Part shown: positions 30,710 to 39,001 of the stretch, piece by piece
Layout of the letters: every line of letters begins with the position of its first letter
Numbering within the stretch: position 1 is the stretch's first letter
The notes under the pieces: generated by a model
Database searches by the model: none
Told to the model about the DNA's origin: nothing
What the model saw: only the letters and a program-made list of their open reading frames with translations
From: Candidatus Latescibacterota bacterium
GTDB lineage: Bacteria; Latescibacterota; CBDEFO01
Length of the DNA stretch: 64,000 nt
Reading direction: 5' to 3'
NCBI GenBank assembly: GCA_965248755.1
Contig: OZ252149.1
Location: 3,520,001 to 3,584,000, forward strand
Made by a program: the position numbers and the translations under genes

Positions 30710-31144
30710 TACAGATCGATTCGTAAGGAGAATGGCTATCCTGCGGTGCAGACGGACGTCCAGGGACAGTTCCGGTTCGAGTCCGTCAAGCTTGGTGAAT
30801 ATGTCGTGACGGTTGAAGGCGACGGTTACGCCCCAGAGCATCAACATATCAAGTTGGGACCGGAAGCCAAAGCACAGGAGTTCCGCTTGAAGGCAGGTGG
30901 AAAGGTTTCTAACCGGGTTGTGGATAACACAGGTCAGCCGGTTGCTGGCGCATGTGTAGTGCTCAACAGGTGGCACGTCCATACCGACTCCGCTGGTTTC
31001 TTCCACTGGTCGGTGGAAGCCCCGCTGCCAGAGCAGGTGGAGATCAGGGTTGACAAGCGCTACAGCGGCCAATACAAGATACTCGAAGCAACGGTGCCGT
31101 TCTCACAACTGAAGCGCCAGCCAATCATTCTGCGGCCCAGGTAG
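30710..31144 (+). pseudogene. C-terminal fragment with carboxypeptidase-regulatory-like (CnaB-type) repeats
   Basis: TDVQGQFRF...GEYVVTVEGDGYAP...RVVDNTGQPVAGACV...TDSAGFF; begins at the IS end. Confidence 0.6.
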
Positions 31145-31249
31145 GGTCAAAGTATTCGGTAGATACGCAAATGGCTTGCATGTTTGAAGTTGCGACGTAG
31201 CGAAAGGGGTAGGGCTGAAAGTGTAGGGGACGGTCCCCGTTTAGTGTTC

Positions 31250-31480
31250 ATATCAGATTCAGATGGAGAGCATGACCGAGCTGTCGCTAATTATTTCACT
31301 GATAATGTACAGCTCGTTTTCAACGATGGAGATGGAAGATTTGATTACGGGGGTTTAACGGGGGTTCAGGGAGAGGCGGCGAAGCGTCTGGACTATCATC
31401 TATTTGACGGGTATGGGAAAATTACAGTAGAAAAAATGCAAGGAGCTACGACCGAAGTCGTCGTAACCCCTTGTTGTTTA
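31250..31480 (+). pseudogene. Mosaic remnant: FG-GAP-like repeat fragment followed by a probable integrase C-terminal/att-flank remnant
   Basis: DSDGEHDRAVANYFTDNVQLVFNDGDGRF, then QGEAAKRLD..LF and a hairpin abutting the tRNA 3' end. Confidence 0.4.
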
Positions 31481-31556
31481 TGGTACGCCCACAGGGACTC
31501 GAACCCCGAACCTACTGATTAAGAGTCAGTTGCTCTACCAGTTGAGCTATGGGCGC
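31481..31556 (-). tRNA. tRNA-Lys (CTT)
   Basis: GCGCCCATAGCTCAACTGGTAGAGCAACTGACT-CTT-AATCAGTAGGTTCGGGGTTCGAGTCCCTGTGGGCGTACCA cloverleaf with CCA. Confidence 0.96.
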
Positions 31557-31573
31557 ATCTGTTCTGACCAGAA

Positions 31574-31602
31574 AATATAGTCAAACTGTATTCAACAGTC
31601 AA
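31574..31602 (-). promoter_or_regulatory. sigma70 promoter of tRNA-Lys
   Basis: TTGACT-N17-TATATT on the minus strand. Confidence 0.6.
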
Positions 31603-31751
31603 GGAGAAAATTCAGGTCAGCATCTGTGCTTTAGGGACTTGGATAGATAGACTGGAGAGTTTTGTTCCGTTTCGCATCTGCATCTGCATACCGCTCCCCT
31701 TGACAGAGCGACAAATATTTCGCAAATTGGGGTTTGAGAAGGGAGGTCAAG

Positions 31752-32063
31752 GTGTCGAGCCCCGAAGTGAAAGATGGTAAGCGCTGGACGGCGACCCGTA
31801 AGGGAGAGATTGTGTTGGCTCTTTTGAGAGGAGCAGATCTATCTGAGGTGTGTCGTAAGAATGGAATTAGCCAGTCGCAGGCGTATGCTTGGCGTGATAG
31901 TTTCTTAGAAGGGGGCCAGGAGAGTCTGAAGTCTCGGCGTGGTCGCAAGGATCCGAAGGAGCGAGAGGTTAGCCGGTTGGAGCGCAAGGTAGGGCAGTTG
32001 ACGCTCCAGTTGGAGATACTCGAAGAGGTAGCCCGTCTAAAAAAAACGAAGCGGTTGCCTTGA
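31752..32063 (+). CDS. IS3-family transposase OrfA (HTH)
   Basis: RWTATRKGEIVL...LSEVCRKNGIS...YAWRDSFLEGG plus a leucine zipper; A8C slippery run at 32039-32047. Confidence 0.88.
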   Translation: MSSPEVKDGKRWTATRKGEIVLALLRGADLSEVCRKNGISQSQAYAWRDSFLEGGQESLKSRRGRKDPKEREVSRLERKVGQLTLQLEILEEVARLKKTKRLP

Positions 32064-32923
32064 GTGGGCGGTTTTTGGGTCGAGGCTATTCCCGCAAGGT
32101 GGTAGCTTTGGCTTTGGGTTTGCATCGTTCGACTCTGTATAGGTTTAGGGATAGAGGTGTCAGTTCTTCTGTTAAAGAGCCTGTGATAGATGAGGAGCTT
32201 GCTTTTCGTATTCGAGGGATACTGGACCAAGAAGAGGCATTTGGTCACAGGCGGGTTTGGGCGCATCTTCGTTTCAAGGAAGGGGAATGTGTCAACGTTA
32301 AGAAGGTTCATAGGATAATGAAGCTTAAGGGGTGGCAGTGTAAGCTGTGGAATCGTCCCGGGAGAAAGGGGCCACAGGTTGCCCAGAAGCGTTCTGTGGT
32401 GGATAGTCCCGACAGTTTGTGGTCGAGTGACTTGACAAAGATTTACTGTGGAAAAGATGGTTGGTGTCCTCTTATTGCGGTGGTGGACAACGGAAGCCGG
32501 GAGGTTCCTGGGTATCGTTTTAGTCGAAAAGGGAGGGCACTGGAGGCCACAGATGCCCTGGATCGGGCCGTGATCTCTCGATACACTTCCAAGGAGGCTG
32601 TCCCCCAGGGTCTCACTTTGCGCTCTGACAATGGTTCCATCTTTTTGGCTCGGGCCTATTTGGCCAGTACCGAATATTGGGGAATTCGTCAGGAATACAT
32701 ACCAAGTGGTAAACCCGATTGGAACGGTGTTGTAGAGCGTTTTTTCAGGACCCTCAAGCAAGAGTGTGTTTGGCTTCACAAGTTTGAATCCTTTGAACAG
32801 GCTGAGAAGATCATATCTCAGTGGATCGATAATTACAACAAGAACAGGCTTCATTCATCCCTGGGATATAAGACCCCAAAAGAGTGGAGAAAACAATTTT
32901 ATCTACTACCCCAGGTTGCTTAA
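32060..32923 (+). CDS. IS3-family transposase OrfB (rve/DDE)
   Basis: FGHRRV, WSSDLT, LRSDNGS, NGVVERFFRTLKQE, YNKNRLHSSLGY. Confidence 0.92.
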   Translation: MSGRFLGRGYSRKVVALALGLHRSTLYRFRDRGVSSSVKEPVIDEELAFRIRGILDQEEAFGHRRVWAHLRFKEGECVNVKKVHRIMKLKGWQCKLWNRPGRKGPQVAQKRSVVDSPDSLWSSDLTKIYCGKDGWCPLIAVVDNGSREVPGYRFSRKGRALEATDALDRAVISRYTSKEAVPQGLTLRSDNGSIFLARAYLASTEYWGIRQEYIPSGKPDWNGVVERFFRTLKQECVWLHKFESFEQAEKIISQWIDNYNKNRLHSSLGYKTPKEWRKQFYLLPQVA

Positions 32924-33126
32924 TTGGTGTCGCTTTCCTGGGAAGCAGTACATCTGGATGGCAACACCTAGCGGGGCAGCTTGAGATCCCTCGCAATGAC
33001 GATTTACAGGACTTGCAAAGACGTTGCCGCGCCTTGCCATTGTGAGCGGTTCAACTCCGAAGCAATCCTTGATTGAATATATGGGGAGCCTATCTGCTTA
33101 CTACTGTCTGCTGATTTATGGGGAGG

Positions 33127-34380
33127 TCATCTCTGGAATAGTTGTAATACCGATCGTGGGATGATATTAGCTTGAGCGAGTACGGCCGTGGATGTCTGCT
33201 GTAATATCTGCAACTTGGTGGATTCCAGCTGCTCTAACGCCATGTCGGCATCCAGAATCCTGCTCTTGGCTGCTTCTGTGTTCGTCTCTGCACTTGACAA
33301 TGAGTCTTCTTTGAACATCAGTTTGTTGGTAATTGCCCCAATGAAGCTCAGTCCCTTGGAGACGTTGTCTATGGCTGTGTCAATCTTCTGGATGAATGCT
33401 GACGCTTGGGCGTTGGAGCTTACTGTGTTTCCTCTGGGAGTGTACTGGACTCCGAAGGATGTAGGGTCATCAGTGGAGTTTACATCTGAGAAGCGTAGTT
33501 TAAATCCGACACCCAGATCGATGGTGGCGCTTGCGCCCGGCTTGTTTGGTCCCGGTGGTGATGGTATTTCCTTGTCGATCACAACGGTTATAGTGGTATC
33601 TGTGTCTGAGCCTGTGCCGTCTCCATCGTTATCAATCGAGACTATATTGCCCGACGAATCTCTTATCCTGAACGTAAGATCCCCTTTCCCAGCAGAATTA
33701 ACGTCAATGTCTGTCACTTCCACTGTGTAGAATCCTGCCTTAAGTTCACTTAAGGCATCGTTCCGCGCTGTGGACGTGGCCAAAGATACATCGATTCGTC
33801 CGGGATTGTAGGTCGTTGATACAGAAGCTGTCACTGCGCCTACATCCACATCGAGCTGTGCGGATGTGTATCCTGTCGTGTATCCCACAGCAGACGATGT
33901 AAGATCGAACGTTATCGTATCGACAGTGCCTGCTCCCACCTGGAAGTTAAACGCGCTGGTCGTGGTTTTCAAAATCTCGATATTGTTGAACAGAGCCTGT
34001 TCCACCTGATCGTCAATCTCTGCGGCCAACTGCTCGATCTCGCTCTTTAGGGCCTGCCGTTCCTAAGCTCCCAGCGTGTCGTTCGCAGCCTGGTTCGCCT
34101 TGGCTTTTATCTGTCCCAGGATGTCGCTGATGGTCTGGAGGTGTCCTTCGGCGACGGCCATAAGGTTTTTGGCGTCGCCTATACTGTTGAGTGCGACACC
34201 CAGACCTTCTGATCTTACCTTCAACTTGGTAGCCAAAGATAGTCCTGCAGCGTCGTCGGCAGCGGTGTTGATCCTTTTGCCCGTGGCGAGTCTGGCCTGA
34301 TGGGTGTCCAGGCTCTTGTTGATTTTGCTAAGAGCATTTGCGGCGTCCAGAGCTTCTATGTTAGAATTTATCCGCGTCAT
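33127..34380 (-). pseudogene. fliC: Flagellin interrupted by one in-frame TAG (34063-34065)
   Basis: N-terminal RINSNI...RLATGKRINTAADDAAGL; reads DTLGA*ERQALKSEIEQLAAEID in one frame; C-terminal SRILDADMA...ILQQ...LAQAN. Confidence 0.9.
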
Positions 34381-34494
34381 TAATGTCTCTCGCTTTAGAT
34401 ATTTCTAGCGGTTTTCATATCTTCCCTTCCGGCTTGAGGCGATTCTGGACGTAGTGTCGTCTGTTCACTCATACTATAATGTTCTCCCTTTACT

Positions 34495-34521
34495 ATATCG
34501 GCATTCTGTAGGTATTCTTTA
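34495..34521 (-). promoter_or_regulatory. sigma28 (FliA) promoter of the flagellin
   Basis: TAAA-N15-GCCGATAT on the minus strand, about 115 bp upstream of the ATG. Confidence 0.85.
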
Positions 34522-34929
34522 ATGAAAAGTGGATCTTAAAGCACCGCATAATCTCGCAATTTAAGTAGATCATTGCACTCTCCTAGTACGAAGAGCACCA
34601 ATGTCTCTGTATCTTTTATCAGCATCTTGTAGGCAACCTTTTGAGAAAAGTAGACAGGGCATCTCACCCTCTTCCTTGAGATTGCTTCCCCCTGATGGAT
34701 TCAATCGGGGGCGCCCATAATGACATTGTGTGGTTTGTTGTCTTCAGTAAATGCGAGGGACACTCGTCTTGAAGCCATCTTGCTGCCAGTAGTCGGAGAG
34801 GACTGGCGATACCCCGTTGCTATATACTTTTTTGGACTTGACACAAAAGATAAAAAAGCTTAGGTTTGATTGAGGCAATTTGCAAAGTAACTGGTCATCT
34901 GATAATACCCTAAATGCAAGGACACTACT

Positions 34930-35247
34930 ATGGGACAGAAAGAAGATCTGTATATGGAGGGAGTAACCAAATACGGACAGGGAGATCTGGACGGGGCTTT
35001 GGAGGATCTCAATAAGGCATTGGAAATGGATCCCCAATTTGCGGAGGTGCTTTTGGCCTTGGGGCACGTCTATGAGAAAAAGGAGATGTACGATGAGGCT
35101 CTGGAGTACATCAAGAAAGCCGTGGAGATCACACCAGACGACCCCTTAACTCACAGTAGTCTTTCGATGATGTATCAGCGTAAGGGAATGATACCTCAAG
35201 CCGAAGAGGAAATGGCAATATCTGTTCGCCTCCAGGAAAGTAAGTAG
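34930..35247 (+). CDS. Small tetratricopeptide repeat protein
   Basis: ALEDLNKALEMDP and ALEYIKKAVEITP TPR motifs. Confidence 0.85.
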   Translation: MGQKEDLYMEGVTKYGQGDLDGALEDLNKALEMDPQFAEVLLALGHVYEKKEMYDEALEYIKKAVEITPDDPLTHSSLSMMYQRKGMIPQAEEEMAISVRLQESK

Positions 35248-35250
35248 ACA

Positions 35251-35360
35251 GTAGGGAAGATATTCTTGTCTGATGAAGCAAAATGGACAGACAAAAATGT
35301 CTGTCCTACCAACCACATTATCAACACACTCTTCTGGTGGGTCAGACATTCCTGTCTGAC
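35251..35360. repeat. Cluster of three GTAG-type REP palindromes (GTAGGACAGACATT..TGTCTG) in alternating orientation
   Basis: Copies at 35251-35272, 35285-35309 (reverse) and 35337-35360. Confidence 0.7.
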
Positions 35361-35407
35361 GAAGCAATCTTACCTGTCTGCTATCGTTTGCGCTCGACCG
35401 TTTTCTC

Positions 35408-35436
35408 TTGACAAAACAGAGTTAACAATATAGATT
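35408..35436 (+). promoter_or_regulatory. sigma70 promoter upstream of thrS
   Basis: TTGACA-N17-TAGATT. Confidence 0.55.
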
Positions 35437-35566
35437 TTAACAGATAGTATTCGTAATAATTGTGGGTTCGTACTTTGATCTACGCTGTAACCTTTATGGT
35501 AAGGGCTGGGTGACCTCACCCCTGCTTGATGTTGGCGCTTTGCAAAGAAGGAGATCTCAAGAAAAA

Positions 35567-37492
35567 TTGATTACAGTTACTCTCCCGGACGGCAGCAAAA
35601 AGGAGTACGAAAAGGGCGTAACTTTAGAGCATATTGCGGCGGATATAGGACCAAGGCTTTTGAAAGATGCAATTGCAGGGAAAGTGGATGGGAAGATGGT
35701 GGACTTAAATAGTAGGATCGAGTCCGACTCCGAGGTTGAGATCCTTACGTTTTCTGACGATGAGGGAAAGCAGGTCTACTGGCACAGCACCTCTCACATT
35801 ATGGCCCAGGCGGTGGTGCAACTTTTCCCCGAGGCGAAAGTTACGATAGGTCCCCCCATTGAGGACGGCTTCTACTACGATTTCGACGTGCCCGAGCCCT
35901 TTACTCCCCAGGATCTGGAGAAGATCGAAGACAGGATGGGACAGATCCTGGTGGAGGACTATCCCTTTCAAAGGCAGGTGCTGACAAGGGATGAAGCGAT
36001 AAAGACGTTCAAAGAGATGGGTGAGGCCTATAAGGTCGAGATACTTGACGGTATAGATGATGGTGAGGTTATCACGGCCTACAGGCAGGGGAGCTTCTTC
36101 GACCTCTGCAGAGGTCCTCACGTCCCGTCAACAGGCGCTGTGAAGGCTTTCAAGCTCCTGAGGAGCAGCGGGGCGTACTGGCGCGGGGACGAGAGAAATA
36201 AGATGCTCCAAAGGATATACGGCATATCTTTCCCCAAAAGGGCTGGTCTTGATGAGCACATCGAAGGGTTGGAAGAGGCAAAAAGACGCGATCACAGAGT
36301 CCTGGGCAGAGAACTTGACCTCTTTTCGATAAACCAAAGCGTAGGCCCCGGACTTATCTTGTGGCATCCAAAGGGAGGGAGAATAAGGACAGCTATTGAG
36401 GATTTCTGGCGAAAAGCTCACTACGACGGAGGATACGAGCTCGTCTATTCGCCCCATATAGGCAAAGGAGATCTCTGGGAGACCAGCGGGCATCTGGATT
36501 TCTTTAAGGAGAACATGTACTCTTCTATGGACATCGAGGGACAGGAGTATTATCTCAAGCCTATGAACTGTCCCTTTCACATTCAGATTTACAGGAGCCA
36601 TTTAAGGAGCTACAGGGATCTCCCGTTCAGATGGGCGGAGCTCGGAACGGTCTACAGATACGAAAGATCAGGCACACTTTACGGCCTTTCGAGGGTTCGG
36701 GGCTTCACACAGGACGACGCTCACATATTCTGCCGCCCAGATCAGGTCGAAGATGAGATATTAGGTGTGATCGATTTCACTCTGGACGTGCTGGGCTCAT
36801 TCGGGTTTAAGGATAAGGATATACAGATGTACCTTTCGACTAAACCAGAAAAGGCGGTAGGGAGCGACGAGGACTGGGAAAGGGCAACTGAGGCTCTAAG
36901 GAGGGCTATCGACAAAAAGGGGCTTTCTTACCAGGTGGATGAAGGAGGTGGATCCTTCTACGGGCCCAAGATAGATCTGTACATAAGGGATTCTATTGGG
37001 CACTCCTGGCAGTGTACCACTATCCAGTTCGATTTTAATATGCCCGAAAGGTTCGATATGACGTTTGTGGGCGAGGATGGGAAAGATAAAAGACCCTATA
37101 TGGTTCACAGGACACTTCTGGGGTCTATGGAGAGATTCTTCGGCGCGCTTATCGAGCACTATGCAGGCGCGTTTCCACTGTGGCTTGCTCCCGTGCAGGC
37201 GCTTGTGCTCCCGATCACTGACGACCATATGGACTACGCCCAAAGGGTGGCCGATGAACTCAAAAAAGAAGGCATAAGAGCCGAAGTGGAGAAAGAGAGC
37301 GGAAAACTCGGAAATAAGATCAGAAAAGCCGAAGTCCAAAAAATTCCATACATGGCGGTTGTCGGCGCCAAAGAGATTGAAAAGGAGACAGTTTCCCTTC
37401 GGAGTCACGGCAGAGGTGATCTCGGCGCCCTATCGCTTGAAGATCTGAAAAGAAAAATGCTCGAGGAAATAGAGGTAAAGGGACAATTCTAA
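35567..37492 (+). CDS. thrS: Threonine--tRNA ligase
   Basis: ITVTLPDGS TGS domain, WHSTSH, DLCRGPHV, KRRDHR, LKPMNCP, RVRGFTQDDAH; TTG start inferred. Confidence 0.97.
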   Translation: MITVTLPDGSKKEYEKGVTLEHIAADIGPRLLKDAIAGKVDGKMVDLNSRIESDSEVEILTFSDDEGKQVYWHSTSHIMAQAVVQLFPEAKVTIGPPIEDGFYYDFDVPEPFTPQDLEKIEDRMGQILVEDYPFQRQVLTRDEAIKTFKEMGEAYKVEILDGIDDGEVITAYRQGSFFDLCRGPHVPSTGAVKAFKLLRSSGAYWRGDERNKMLQRIYGISFPKRAGLDEHIEGLEEAKRRDHRVLGRELDLFSINQSVGPGLILWHPKGGRIRTAIEDFWRKAHYDGGYELVYSPHIGKGDLWETSGHLDFFKENMYSSMDIEGQEYYLKPMNCPFHIQIYRSHLRSYRDLPFRWAELGTVYRYERSGTLYGLSRVRGFTQDDAHIFCRPDQVEDEILGVIDFTLDVLGSFGFKDKDIQMYLSTKPEKAVGSDEDWERATEALRRAIDKKGLSYQVDEGGGSFYGPKIDLYIRDSIGHSWQCTTIQFDFNMPERFDMTFVGEDGKDKRPYMVHRTLLGSMERFFGALIEHYAGAFPLWLAPVQALVLPITDDHMDYAQRVADELKKEGIRAEVEKESGKLGNKIRKAEVQKIPYMAVVGAKEIEKETVSLRSHGRGDLGALSLEDLKRKMLEEIEVKGQF

Positions 37493-37501
37493 TTCTTGAA
37501 G

Positions 37502-37560
37502 ACGTGTAACGTAGAGCGCACTCTATTTTTTCGCTATGCTTTGTGTTACACGTTTTGTTT
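37502..37560 (+). terminator. Long hairpin with T-rich tail between thrS and infC (terminator/attenuator candidate)
   Basis: ACGTGTAACGTAGAGCG pairs with TGCTTTGTGTTACACGT (several G-U pairs), followed by TTTGTTT. Confidence 0.5.
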
Positions 37561-37578
37561 ATACGGAGGTGATAAAGG

Positions 37579-38100
37579 ATCAATAAAAGGATCAAGAAAG
37601 ATACAACCAGAGTCAACAATCAAATCCGCATCCCCCAGATCAGAGTTATAGATTCGGACGGGAACCAGGTAGGTGTTATGGAGACAAGGAATGCTCTCCA
37701 ACTGGCACAGGAACGGGATCTGGACCTTGTGGAGGTTTCTCCAAGCGCCAAGCCGCCGGTCTGCCGCATAATGGACTACGGCAAGTATAAATACGAGCAG
37801 AGCAAGAAGCTCAAAGACGCCAAGAAAAAGCAGCATACTGTCCAGCTCAAGGAGATGAGGTTCACTCCATCCGAGGCAACTCACGATTATGAGTTCAAAC
37901 TCCGTCATATAAGGAACTTCATCGATCAAAACAATAGAGTCAAAGTCACAGTGGTATTCAAGGGCAGGCAGAACGCATACAGGGAGTTCGGTCGCAGGCT
38001 CCTGGATAGAGTTCAGGAGGACGTAGAGGACATCGGCAAGATAGAAGCTGCCGCCAAGTCTGAAGGGAGAACGTTGTTTATGATCCTCTCCCCCAAATGA
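37579..38100 (+). CDS. infC: Translation initiation factor IF-3 (non-AUG start, ATC)
   Basis: GGAGGTGA then an in-frame ATC; RVNNQIRIPQIRVID...DLVEVSPSAKPPVCRIMDYGKYKYE. Confidence 0.93.
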   Translation: MNKRIKKDTTRVNNQIRIPQIRVIDSDGNQVGVMETRNALQLAQERDLDLVEVSPSAKPPVCRIMDYGKYKYEQSKKLKDAKKKQHTVQLKEMRFTPSEATHDYEFKLRHIRNFIDQNNRVKVTVVFKGRQNAYREFGRRLLDRVQEDVEDIGKIEAAAKSEGRTLFMILSPK

Positions 38101-38213
38101 GAGTAAATAGCATAAGCAAGTGGACAGAAAACAGTAGACAGGGGGCATCTCCTCCCATCCGTGTATGCTATCTGATACTTCTACCTGCTTAATAAAAATA
38201 AAGGGAGGCTCTG

Positions 38214-38414
38214 ATGCCTAAAATTAAGACAAGAAAGAGCGCCGCCAAGAGGTTCAAAAAGACAGCGGGTAATGTGATCAAAAGGAACAAAGGATGTTCG
38301 AGTCACAAGCTGGCGAAAAAGAGCAGTAAAAGGAAAAGAAGAATAAATAGTCCGGATCAGATCAGTTCTGTGGATCTGGGCAGAGTAAAAAGAATGTTAG
38401 CTGGCAAGAAATAG
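38214..38414 (+). CDS. rpmI: 50S ribosomal protein L35
   Basis: MPKIKTRKSAAKRFKKT; lies after infC. Confidence 0.96.
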   Translation: MPKIKTRKSAAKRFKKTAGNVIKRNKGCSSHKLAKKSSKRKRRINSPDQISSVDLGRVKRMLAGKK

Positions 38415-38423
38415 GAGAAGAAG

Positions 38424-38783
38424 ATGCCGAGGGCCAAAAATAGCATCGCGTCTCGAAGGCGCAGAAAGAAGATCCTGAAGTTAGCAAAGGGCTACCGGGG
38501 CGCAAGGAACAGGCTCTATAAGACAGCCGTAGAGAGCGTCAACAGGGGGCTTGTTTCCGCCTACAGGGACAGAAAAAGAAAAAAGAGGGATTTCAGACGA
38601 CTCTGGATAACAAGGATCAACGCCGCTGCAAGGCTAAATGGATTATCTTACAGCCAGTTTATTACTGGTCTGAAGGCAGCAGACATAAATATAAACAGGA
38701 AGATCCTTGCAAACTTAGCTGTGTCAGATGAAAGCGCCTTTGCCGCTCTGGCCGAAAAAGCCAAGGGGGCCCTGGTAAAATAA
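38424..38783 (+). CDS. rplT: 50S ribosomal protein L20
   Basis: [30 protein letters not shown]. Confidence 0.97.
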   Translation: MPRAKNSIASRRRRKKILKLAKGYRGARNRLYKTAVESVNRGLVSAYRDRKRKKRDFRRLWITRINAAARLNGLSYSQFITGLKAADININRKILANLAVSDESAFAALAEKAKGALVK

Positions 38784-38808
38784 GCAGGGATGGGAGATAG
38801 TCTGATGG

Positions 38809-38947
38809 TGATTGCTTGGCAGACCCTTCGCTTCGCTCTGGGCTAAAGGCTCTAGGCTGCCCCGATGGATTCAATCGTGGGCTCGCAATGACTCTACTCT
38901 GCTTCGATCCTTAGTCAGTGCGAGGGGCAAAGCCCCGAAGCAATCTG
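38809..38947. repeat. Composite intergenic element: GATTGCTT...CTCGCAATGAC REP-like unit containing a CCCCGAT hairpin, then an inverted GTCAGTGCGAG...GAAGCAATC unit
   Basis: Related units at about 2345-2392, 32980-33070, 34678-34724, 40143-40187, 42661-42729, 43600-43665 and 63729-63776. Confidence 0.7.
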
Positions 38948-39001
38948 AAGGGTGCGGAGGTGGTGCTCGGTCAACAGTCTACTATTTTGGAAGAGTTATG
39001 T

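Larger units (their letters stand above)
31687..32952 (+). mobile_element. IS3-family insertion sequence (about 1266 bp) with 4-bp TCTG target duplication
   Basis: Imperfect IRs CATACCGCTCCCC...AGCGACA and TGTCGCT...GGGAAGCAGTACA; TCTG at 31683-31686 and 32953-32956; orfA/orfB arrangement. Confidence 0.88.

Noticed and set aside
31631..32854. 407-aa minus-strand ORF
   Set aside because: Antisense shadow of the IS3 transposase genes.
34063..34065. Genome-wide TAG recoding
   Set aside because: TAG ends several full-length genes (rpmI, ppdK, ilvD, nadK), and no other internal TAG was seen in conserved genes.
35440..35566. tRNA or T-box upstream of thrS
   Set aside because: No cloverleaf or T-box motif seen; only a REP-like palindrome.
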